The position numbers were made by a program, and so were the translations under genes. Below are positions 31,718-39,418 of a stretch of 64,000 nucleotides of DNA, piece after piece (position 1 is the stretch's first letter; each line of letters begins with the position of its first letter). The stretch covers positions 480,001-544,000 of the forward strand of contig OZ244991.1 of assembly GCA_965223335.1 (NCBI GenBank), given 5' to 3'. The stretch is from Thermodesulfobacteriota bacterium. Its GTDB lineage: Bacteria; Desulfobacterota_D; UBA1144; Nemesobacterales; UBA2774. The notes under the pieces were generated by a model that saw only the letters and a list, made by a program, of their open reading frames with translations, was not told where the DNA came from and ran no database searches.

Positions 31718-32420
31718 TATCCATCACCCCCCTCTTTAACTCGGCTACATACCTGTCGGCTATTCTGGTAGGTTCGGGCACCCTGTAACCGCGCGCACAC
31801 TCAAGTGCTATGTTGCTTGCAGAAGACAGATCAACGAGATGACCGACCGATACGAACACCGGTTTCACACTATCCCTTGTCCGCACCACATTTCCTATAA
31901 GCTCACCCTTTTTAGTCCTGATATCGGTCATTGAACCCTTTTTGTTCCCAGGCTCTCGGCATTCGCCGTAGAGCTTTTTTTTCGCCACACCTATTGTGGG
32001 CACACCCAGGACAACCCCTATGTGACAGGCAATCCCAAACCCCCGCGGGTGAGCCTGGCCGTGGCCGTCTACCATGATCAAGTCCGGTTTGTTGCTCAGT
32101 TTTTTGTACGCCTCTATTATGGGAGGGCCTTCCCTAAAAGCAAGAAAGCCCGGTATGTATGGGAAATCTATGTCCCGAACGACATAAGCCCGCTCTTTTT
32201 CTAAGAGCTCCGGGTACGAGAATACTATGATCCCGCATACGAGTTTTCCCTCTGACTTAAGGTATGCAAGGTCTACCCCGGCAATGGTTTCTATCTCGCT
32301 AAATCCGTTCTCTGAGGCGACCATATCCCTCATCTGTTTCTGGAACTGAGTAGCCTCTTGGGTGGAAACGCTACCGTTCTCATACAGTCTGCTGATTACA
32401 TCTCGGTCAATGTGTGCCAT
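31710..32420 (-). CDS. nfi: Endonuclease V (deoxyinosine 3' endonuclease)
   Basis: AGVD, FPYIPGFLAFRE wedge, VDGHGQAHPRGFGIA, GVAK, PEPTRIAD. Confidence 0.95.
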   Translation of the reverse strand: MAHIDRDVISRLYENGSVSTQEATQFQKQMRDMVASENGFSEIETIAGVDLAYLKSEGKLVCGIIVFSYPELLEKERAYVVRDIDFPYIPGFLAFREGPPIIEAYKKLSNKPDLIMVDGHGQAHPRGFGIACHIGVVLGVPTIGVAKKKLYGECREPGNKKGSMTDIRTKKGELIGNVVRTRDSVKPVFVSVGHLVDLSSASNIALECARGYRVPEPTRIADRYVAELKRGVMDSA

Positions 32421-32664
32421 AAATCTCTTCGATCGCCCGCTTAAACTTAGGGCTGTAGATTAGCTCAAACGCGGTCTCCTTCCCTGGAAAAAGTTTGAGG
32501 GCAAATTTTCTAACCCCGCTAACGCGTTCGAGTGCCTCGTCTCTACTCAGATCACCCTGGTAGATGAGTGAGATAGTGAACTGGACCATAAGCCGAAGCA
32601 TTCGGATTCTCTTAGTTTCGTCCGTTACCTCAAGGCTCCGATATTTTTTGAACTTATCTTTCAT
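32407..32664 (-). CDS. Small helical hypothetical protein, overlapping the nfi start
   Basis: 85 aa, LFPGKETAFELIYSPKF; 14-nt overlap with nfi. Confidence 0.75.
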   Translation of the reverse strand: MKDKFKKYRSLEVTDETKRIRMLRLMVQFTISLIYQGDLSRDEALERVSGVRKFALKLFPGKETAFELIYSPKFKRAIEEIYGTH

Positions 32665-32816
32665 GGATTACCCGGCATAGGTTGTTTGCTGGCTCGCCCC
32701 ATATAGTATTATACATAATGCCCGGGGCTTAGAACTATTGTGATACCAGGTATATTGTTGGTTCCTATAAAATTCGGTAGAATCAATCCCGACAATTTAT
32801 AGCCACGGCACACATC

Positions 32817-33779
32817 ATGGAACTACGAACTGCATTTGTAATGGATCCAATAGAGAGTATCGATACCGAGAAGGACACTACATATGTCCTTATGCTAGAG
32901 ACCCAGGCTAGGGGGCACGAGGTCTGGTATATGGAGCTTAAGGACATGTTTGTTAAAAACACCGTGCCCACGTGCAACGCGACACAACTAACTCTCAGTC
33001 GCGGTGAAGATTATTACACCAAGGGTGCTGAAGAGACTATGCGTCTGGACAGTTTCGATGTGATCTGGATGCGTAAAGACCCCCCGTTTAACCCGGACTA
33101 CATCTATTCGACCTATATACTGAGCCTGGTTGACGAGTCCCGAAGTTTAGTGGTGAATAAACCCTCAGGGATCAGGGAATCAAATGAAAAACTGTATACA
33201 CTTTATTTCCCCGATATCATCCCTGACTCACTCGTGACTAAAGACCCCGATGAACTCAGATCATTTTTAACGGAAGTCGGCGGCGAGATTGTTGTGAAAC
33301 CGCTAGACGGTCACGGAGGTGAGGGTGTGTTCTACATCCGAGAGGGGGATAAAAACCAAAACGTAATAATAGAATCCATAACCAATTTCGGCACTGAGTA
33401 TGTAATGGCACAAAAATTCATTGAGAAGGTTAGTGAAGGAGACAAGCGGATCATACTGCTAAATGGCGAGCCCCTCGGCGCAGTGCTCAGGGTGCCCAAG
33501 CCCGGCGGGGAGTTCAGGTGCAACTTCCACTCGGGAGGCAGCCCATCGAAATCAATGTTGACCGATAGGGATCTCGAGATCTGCAGGACCATAGCACCTC
33601 GTTTAAGACAAGACGGGCTCTATTTCGTAGGCATTGATGTAATCGGCGGTTATGTCACAGAGATCAACACCACAAGCCCCACGGGCGTGCAGGAGATCAA
33701 CAACCTAAACGGAGAAAAGATCGAGACCCAGGTCATAGATTTTATTGATGATATGCACAGCAAATTGAATACCAATTAA
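32817..33779 (+). CDS. gshB: Glutathione synthetase
   Basis: FVMDP...KDTT, MRKDPPF, NEKL, KPLDGHGGEG, GDKRI, EINTTSPTG. Confidence 0.93.
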   Translation: MELRTAFVMDPIESIDTEKDTTYVLMLETQARGHEVWYMELKDMFVKNTVPTCNATQLTLSRGEDYYTKGAEETMRLDSFDVIWMRKDPPFNPDYIYSTYILSLVDESRSLVVNKPSGIRESNEKLYTLYFPDIIPDSLVTKDPDELRSFLTEVGGEIVVKPLDGHGGEGVFYIREGDKNQNVIIESITNFGTEYVMAQKFIEKVSEGDKRIILLNGEPLGAVLRVPKPGGEFRCNFHSGGSPSKSMLTDRDLEICRTIAPRLRQDGLYFVGIDVIGGYVTEINTTSPTGVQEINNLNGEKIETQVIDFIDDMHSKLNTN

Positions 33780-33804
33780 AGCATGCGTCAGAGGCAATAT
33801 TGAT

Positions 33805-34095
33805 ATGAAAATTACTAAAGACGATGTACTACATGTAGCTGAACTGGCACGCTTGAAATTCGAGGAAGATGAGATAGAGCTCTTTACCGAGCAGTTGGGC
33901 AATATACTCGGGTACATCGAGAAACTGAGCGAGCTTGATACAGATGGTGTTGACGCCACTTCACAGGTGCTAGAGATCACGACACCGCTTAGGGAAGATG
34001 AGGTTAAAAACTGCCTTACAGTAGATGAGGTGCTAAAAAACGCTCCGGAAACACAAGACAACTTCTTCGTCGTACCAAAAGTAATAGAGGATTAA
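33805..34095 (+). CDS. gatC: Asp/Glu-tRNA amidotransferase subunit C
   Basis: [27 protein letters not shown]; directly before gatA. Confidence 0.95.
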   Translation: MKITKDDVLHVAELARLKFEEDEIELFTEQLGNILGYIEKLSELDTDGVDATSQVLEITTPLREDEVKNCLTVDEVLKNAPETQDNFFVVPKVIED

Positions 34096-34103
34096 TAAAT
34101 CGT

Positions 34104-35564
34104 ATGGAACTACCCTTTTTAACTTTAAAACAGTCCTCGGAACTGATTAAAAGCAAAGAGCTTTCACCCGTGGAGCTAACGCAATCGGTACTGGACAGGA
34201 TAGAGAAGTTGGACAACTCCTTAAACTCATACATCACTGTCTTGAGCGAGAGTGCACTTTCAAGTTCTAAACAAGCAGAAGATGATATCGCTAGCGGTAA
34301 ATATATAGGACCTCTCCACGGAGTGCCAATCAGTCTAAAAGATATATTTCTTCTAAAAGACGTCCCGGCAACTTGCGGTTCTAAGATGCTAGAGAATTTC
34401 ATAGCCCCCTACAACGCCACTGTTACACAAAAACTCCTTGATTCCGGTGCTGTAGTTGTTGGCAAAAACAATATGGACGAGTTTGCTATGGGTTCATCGT
34501 GCGAAACATCGTATTACGGTGCTGTGAAAAACCCATGGGACACTGATAGAGTGCCGGGCGGCTCGAGTGGGGGTTCCGCATCCGCGACTGCAGCCATGCT
34601 GTCGATTGCCTCTGTGGGTACAGATACGGGCGGCTCTATAAGACAGCCAGCCTCACTATGCGGGGTGGTCGGCATGAAACCTACGTACGGCAGGGTAAGC
34701 AGATACGGCATGATCGCGTTTGCGTCCTCTCTGGACCAGGCAGGCCCACTCACACAAACTGTCGAGGACACAGCAATCATACTAAACGCCATAAGCGGGC
34801 ATGACACAGCCGATTCCACATGTGTTGACATCCCTGTGCCCGACTTCACAGTGGCTCTCACGCAGGACATAAAGGGCATAAAACTCGGTATACCCAAAGA
34901 GTACTTTATCGATGGTCTAGATGCCGAGGTGAATGACGCCACACAAAAAGCCATTGCCGTACTCGAAGGTTTGGGGGCAGAGATTGTAGAGATATCACTC
35001 CCCCATACAGAATACGCAGTCAGCACTTACTATATCATTGCTCCATCCGAGGCAAGCTCCAACCTAGCCCGTTACGACGGAGTAAAGTATGGGTACCGAT
35101 CCTCGAATGCGGACTCTCTACACGATATGTATGTAAACACCCGAGCTGAAGGATTCGGTGCAGAGGTTAAGAGAAGGATAATGCTCGGCACATATGCGCT
35201 GTCCGCCGGATATTATGACGCCTATTACCTTAAGGCCCAACAGGTAAGGACACTTATCAAGAAGGATTTTGATCAGGCGTTTACTGAAGTGGACGCAATT
35301 GTCGCACCTACCTCGCCCGAGACTGCCTTTAAAATAGGCGAGAAGACAGACGACCCACTAAAAATGTACCTGTCTGATGTGCTTACCATCCCATGCAACA
35401 TTGCGGGGCTCCCCGGCATCTCGGTCCCATGCGGGATCTCATCCGCCGGGCTACCGATAGGTCTACAGATCATTGGCAAGTTATTTGACGAAGAAACAGT
35501 GCTGCGTGTAGCACACAACTTTGAACAGTGCACAGACTGGCACAAAAAAAGACCGCCCATATAA
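34104..35564 (+). CDS. gatA: Asp/Glu-tRNA amidotransferase subunit A
   Basis: [48 protein letters not shown]. Confidence 0.97.
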   Translation: MELPFLTLKQSSELIKSKELSPVELTQSVLDRIEKLDNSLNSYITVLSESALSSSKQAEDDIASGKYIGPLHGVPISLKDIFLLKDVPATCGSKMLENFIAPYNATVTQKLLDSGAVVVGKNNMDEFAMGSSCETSYYGAVKNPWDTDRVPGGSSGGSASATAAMLSIASVGTDTGGSIRQPASLCGVVGMKPTYGRVSRYGMIAFASSLDQAGPLTQTVEDTAIILNAISGHDTADSTCVDIPVPDFTVALTQDIKGIKLGIPKEYFIDGLDAEVNDATQKAIAVLEGLGAEIVEISLPHTEYAVSTYYIIAPSEASSNLARYDGVKYGYRSSNADSLHDMYVNTRAEGFGAEVKRRIMLGTYALSAGYYDAYYLKAQQVRTLIKKDFDQAFTEVDAIVAPTSPETAFKIGEKTDDPLKMYLSDVLTIPCNIAGLPGISVPCGISSAGLPIGLQIIGKLFDEETVLRVAHNFEQCTDWHKKRPPI

Positions 35565-35653
35565 ATAGATTCTTGTTCACGATTGGAAATTCATATAAAA
35601 ATCGAGCGTCATAGAGTAGAATACTAATAGGTGGATGTGAGAAGGAGAGCGCT

Positions 35654-35830
35654 ATGACAACGAAATCAAAGACATGTATGGTATGTGCGAAACCCTCTGA
35701 TAACACTATATGCGATGCTTGTAAGGCACAGATACAGGGAGAGGCCGCCGACAAAAAAATAAAGATAGAAAAAAAGGTTCAAGTCGGCTCCGAGGTAGAA
35801 AAAGATAAGGTTGTAAAACACAAGAAATAA
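35654..35830 (+). CDS. 58-aa CxxC-x8-CxxC zinc-ribbon-like protein with Lys-rich tail
   Basis: Below the ORF-track cutoff. GAAGGAG at 35641-35647 then MTTKSKTCMVCAKPSDNTICDACKAQIQGEAADKKIKIEKKVQVGSEVEKDKVVKHKK*. Confidence 0.75.
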   Translation: MTTKSKTCMVCAKPSDNTICDACKAQIQGEAADKKIKIEKKVQVGSEVEKDKVVKHKK

Positions 35831-35833
35831 TTA

Positions 35834-36667
35834 TCAGTCCCATATCTTTAGTGCCATCTTATAAACCATACTCTTTGAGACACCGTAGCTGTCAGATACC
35901 TCTTTAACCGTATCCTTTAAGCTAGAACCCCGAGCATAAAATATCTTAAGTAATCGTTCCAATTCTTTGTCCGAGGCTTGAGACTCCGCTTCACCACAGC
36001 CCGACACAACTATTGTAAACTCACCTTTTAGGGTCTCTCTACTACTCAACTGTTCGAGCACCTCAGTGATACTACCCCTTATGGTTTCTTCATACATTTT
36101 GGTTATCTCTCTACTCACCGAGACCCGTCTTTCGCCCAGTTGGTCTTTAAGAATCCCTAGAGTTTTTACAACACGCTTTGGCGATTCGAAGAAAATTAGG
36201 GTCTCTGGGTAGCGTTTTAAGCTCTCGATTGCTTCAATTAGCTTTTTCTTAGTCCTGGGTAGAAAACCAATAAAGGCAAACCTATCTGTGGGCAAGCCCG
36301 ACACACTGAGAGCCGCTATAGCAGCCGATGGACCGGGCACAGATACAACCTCGATACCTTGCTTAGAAGCCAGATTAACCAGCCTATAACCCGGGTCCGA
36401 CACACCCGGTGTACCGGCATCCGTCACAAGTGCCACAGAATTTCCATCCTGTAACATATTTACCAACACCTTGGCTTTCTCGGCTTCATTATGTTCGTGA
36501 TAGCTCTCTAGTGGCTTCTTAATATTGAAACGCGATAAAAGTTTTCCCGTAGTCCTAGTGTCTTCACACGCAATTATATCTACCTCCCCAAGCACTCTAA
36601 GTGCCCTTGGAGATATGTCTTCTAAGTTGCCGATAGGTGTCGACACGATATAAAGTTTGGCGCTCAT
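35834..36667 (-). CDS. rsmI: 16S rRNA C1402 2'-O-methyltransferase
   Basis: STPIGNLEDIS, ACEDTR, TDAGTPGVSDPG, FESPKR, REITKMYEE. Confidence 0.95.
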   Translation of the reverse strand: MSAKLYIVSTPIGNLEDISPRALRVLGEVDIIACEDTRTTGKLLSRFNIKKPLESYHEHNEAEKAKVLVNMLQDGNSVALVTDAGTPGVSDPGYRLVNLASKQGIEVVSVPGPSAAIAALSVSGLPTDRFAFIGFLPRTKKKLIEAIESLKRYPETLIFFESPKRVVKTLGILKDQLGERRVSVSREITKMYEETIRGSITEVLEQLSSRETLKGEFTIVVSGCGEAESQASDKELERLLKIFYARGSSLKDTVKEVSDSYGVSKSMVYKMALKIWD

Positions 36668-36695
36668 ATTGGTAGTTCACACAAAAAATTCGGAT

Positions 36696-36736
36696 AAAAA
36701 AATAAGGTGCTGCCCTTCTACGAGTAGCACCTTATT
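36696..36736 (-). terminator. Rho-independent terminator
   Basis: Stem AATAAGGTGCT/AGCACCTTATT running into a U-tract on the minus strand, about 40 nt after the stop at 36779. Confidence 0.8.
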
Positions 36737-36778
36737 ACGTGTTAATAATCTGTATCAATATTGACTACATATTAGTAA

Positions 36779-37306
36779 TCAATCGAGGTTGCATTTCTTA
36801 TGTTCTGAGTAATTAATACAATGGTCCTGTCCCTTACCGCCGTCTAGGATATTGTATCCGTCTCCACCGTCGAGGAAGTCCTTACCGTCCATACCGTTTA
36901 GTGCATCATCACCGTTACCGCCGTACACCACATCATCTCCGTCCCCGGCCCTGAGATCATCGTTACCGTCCTCGCCGTACATCTCGTCAGCACCGTGCCC
37001 GCCCTTTATAAGGTCATTGCCGTCACCACCGCAAAGGATATCATTATCTCCGCGCCCCATAATCTCATCATCTCCACCTAGACCAGCAATCACATCTACC
37101 CCAGACGTTCCCATCAACACGTCGTTATCATCAGTGCCTACAATCGTTGCGACCTTGCCCCCGCATTTTACTGGTGGTGGAGCATCCTCTGCAGCCTTCA
37201 TATCCTCTGCCCCTTCCTCCGCTGCCGGAGTATCTGCAATAGCGGTATTAAGGCTCAGCGCTATTAACAAAAACATTAATCCCAATACTGTTTTTATGCT
37301 GTCCAT
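36779..37306 (-). CDS. Secreted calcium-binding protein with GGxGxD (RTX/hemolysin-type) repeats
   Basis: AAGGAGGAG then MDSIKTVLGLMFLLIALSLNTAIA signal peptide; CGGKVATIVGT followed by tandem nonapeptides such as GGDGNDLIK and GGNGDDALN. Confidence 0.85.
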   Translation of the reverse strand: MDSIKTVLGLMFLLIALSLNTAIADTPAAEEGAEDMKAAEDAPPPVKCGGKVATIVGTDDNDVLMGTSGVDVIAGLGGDDEIMGRGDNDILCGGDGNDLIKGGHGADEMYGEDGNDDLRAGDGDDVVYGGNGDDALNGMDGKDFLDGGDGYNILDGGKGQDHCINYSEHKKCNLD

Positions 37307-37341
37307 TTCACTCCTCCTTAAATGATATTCATGTAGTATCA

Positions 37342-37370
37342 ATTAAACAATTATCGAAAAATATTGTCAA
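37342..37370 (-). promoter_or_regulatory. Sigma-70-type promoter
   Basis: Minus strand TTGACA-17 nt-TTTAAT ending about 35 nt before ATG 37306. Confidence 0.6.
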
Positions 37371-37456
37371 GTAGCCATAACTCTGTAATTCAGGAGCTCA
37401 ACAATACCAACACACTATGAAAATTATTTATTTCCTGCATTGAATAAGGGACGTGC

Positions 37457-37824
37457 TTATGCTTCTGCAGCAATTTGAAATTCATCTTCATCAACCACAT
37501 AACCTGGATTATTTTTTTAATAACTTCAACCGCAATATTATGTGCTTCCAATATTGATACAATTTCTCTCATTTTTGATATATGAGATTTAGCTCAATCT
37601 TTAAACCAACTAATGGCTTTGTTTTGTGCGTTAGGATTTCTGGAACGTTTAAATTTCTTCGGTTTCTTTAAGTTAGAATTGAACCAATCATGAATATATT
37701 TCATCTGTTCGACTTCATGACTAAAGAGTTCTCCTTGATCCCGGAGTTCCGATAATACTTGAAAAATCCCTAATCGTTTCCCGGAATCCTCATCGATTTT
37801 TTGTACTACAAATCGAATATACAT
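37457..37824 (-). pseudogene. Disrupted hypothetical gene (internal TGA plus 1-nt frameshift)
   Basis: ...ISWFKD*AKSHISKMREIVSILEAHNIAVEVIKK stays in frame past TGA 37594-37596. After the A7 run (37512-37518) the natural continuation NPGYVVDEDEFQIAAEA* is in another frame. Confidence 0.7.
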
Positions 37825-37863
37825 ATAATCTCATTTAATCATAATATTGGTGTAAAATCCCTC

Positions 37864-39120
37864 TCATCCCCCGTCCGGAAAATTCACTAGTCTCTGGTCG
37901 AGAGGTAGGTCGTTTTTATGTATCCCAGGGCTTGTGACCGGGATAATCTCAAGAGGTGTGCCGTTTAGCTCGGCCTCATCAAAGGCCTCTGTAGAGGGTG
38001 CCCTGCCGATAAGATCGTATTCGGTAATCACATAAGGTATGCCATTTGATCCGAATGTAGCCGGGCCCGACATCACATGTAAATGCAGGTGGGGAGCCGA
38101 AGTATTGCCTGTGTTCCCAACGAGTCCCAGAAGCTGGCCTTTTGTAACATAGTCCCCAGTCTCCACTGCCACACTGCCTTTTATCATGTGCGCATAAAAA
38201 GCGAATGTGTCATTACCAAGATCGAGCACAACATAGTTCCCGTCGGCCTGCTCGATTGGCAGCCCCTGAGGCAACTGTCCCGGTATCTGATCGTCATATT
38301 TGTCCACAGCAATAACTACACGGCCGTCAGCCACTGCCAGGATCTCCTGTCCGTATGCGAAATAGCTGTTAACATCCTTGGGATCGCCAACAAAAATCCT
38401 GTTCCCTTGGTCCAATTTCTCCCAGTCTATGGCAAACCGCTGCGAAATGGTGAGTTTGCCGTTTATCGGAAGCATAGCTCTTATGTGGCGTACGGCTGTA
38501 CAGCACCCATCAGCTGCAATCCACTTTGTACCTTTTAGTGGGGGGCCTAAAACCATAGGTTCATCCTTGCTTACTTTAGACTCACCATATACGAAAATAA
38601 TTTCCATATCATCAAGCGGCAGGCTTAGGAAACCGAGGAATCCCGGAGGGATACCACCAGGTACTGTGATTGCCAAACGATGAATGATTGATTCCGGGAC
38701 ATCCTCAATCGAGTCTACCGAGAAAGCAATAAAAAACACCGAGGTCTCACCGCCTCCAAGAACGTTTGTTGCATCCCTACCCGGCAAGACCTCGTTTTTC
38801 TCGGTCACAGTCTCACCGGTGAATTCTGCAAGCACATTAGCGGTATTTTCCGTATCCAATACCTCGATTGAATTAATCTGCCAAGGTAGCGGTGTGGCAT
38901 TTGCAAGCTTAAGCTCATATACAAAATGGTAATCGCCGTCCGATCCAAGCACGGGATGAGGCTCAGTGAGCAAAGATATTAGTACAGGTGTGTATTGATT
39001 AGACCCGGTTACAAGCGAGTCTCCTCCCTCCCCATTAGTACTGTCGCACGCAACTAACACAATACCCACAATTAATAGCAATCCGACCACCAACAATGAG
39101 CTACGTATAAATCTCATCAT
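37864..39120 (-). CDS. M23-family peptidase domain lipoprotein
   Basis: Lipobox LVAC; QRFAIDW, AVADG, GNYVVL, YAHM, GNTGNTSAPHLHLH; AAGGAGGAG RBS. Confidence 0.85.
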   Translation of the reverse strand: MMRFIRSSLLVVGLLLIVGIVLVACDSTNGEGGDSLVTGSNQYTPVLISLLTEPHPVLGSDGDYHFVYELKLANATPLPWQINSIEVLDTENTANVLAEFTGETVTEKNEVLPGRDATNVLGGGETSVFFIAFSVDSIEDVPESIIHRLAITVPGGIPPGFLGFLSLPLDDMEIIFVYGESKVSKDEPMVLGPPLKGTKWIAADGCCTAVRHIRAMLPINGKLTISQRFAIDWEKLDQGNRIFVGDPKDVNSYFAYGQEILAVADGRVVIAVDKYDDQIPGQLPQGLPIEQADGNYVVLDLGNDTFAFYAHMIKGSVAVETGDYVTKGQLLGLVGNTGNTSAPHLHLHVMSGPATFGSNGIPYVITEYDLIGRAPSTEAFDEAELNGTPLEIIPVTSPGIHKNDLPLDQRLVNFPDGG

Positions 39121-39280
39121 ATCTCCTCCTTTGCTTTGATAGATACAAAATCCTAGGTATATGACTTAATCAGCGAGAACTGGATGTTTATGCACTAATG
39201 CCTTTGAATAAGCGCTAATTTACTGATCTCATTATAGCTAAAAATGAGTCTTACATCGAGGGTGGCATTAACAAAGATAC

Positions 39281-39314
39281 AAAAAAAGGGATGCATATAG
39301 TATGCATCCCTTTT
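39281..39314 (-). terminator. Rho-independent terminator
   Basis: Perfect 14-bp stem AAAAGGGATGCATA/TATGCATCCCTTTT, 3-nt loop, U7 on the minus strand. Confidence 0.85.
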
Positions 39315-39418
39315 GGTTATTTACAGTTTTTTCAAACGGATTCAACATCTGTCGACAAGCAACTAAATGAGGATAAGGGCTCCCCTAACGGAAAGCCCTT
39401 AGATCCGTTAATTCTATT

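Noticed and set aside
37594..37596. In-frame TGA as selenocysteine or a reassigned codon
   Set aside because: TGA ends normal genes here (murI, rpsB, carA), no SECIS-like hairpin is evident, and a second lesion follows.
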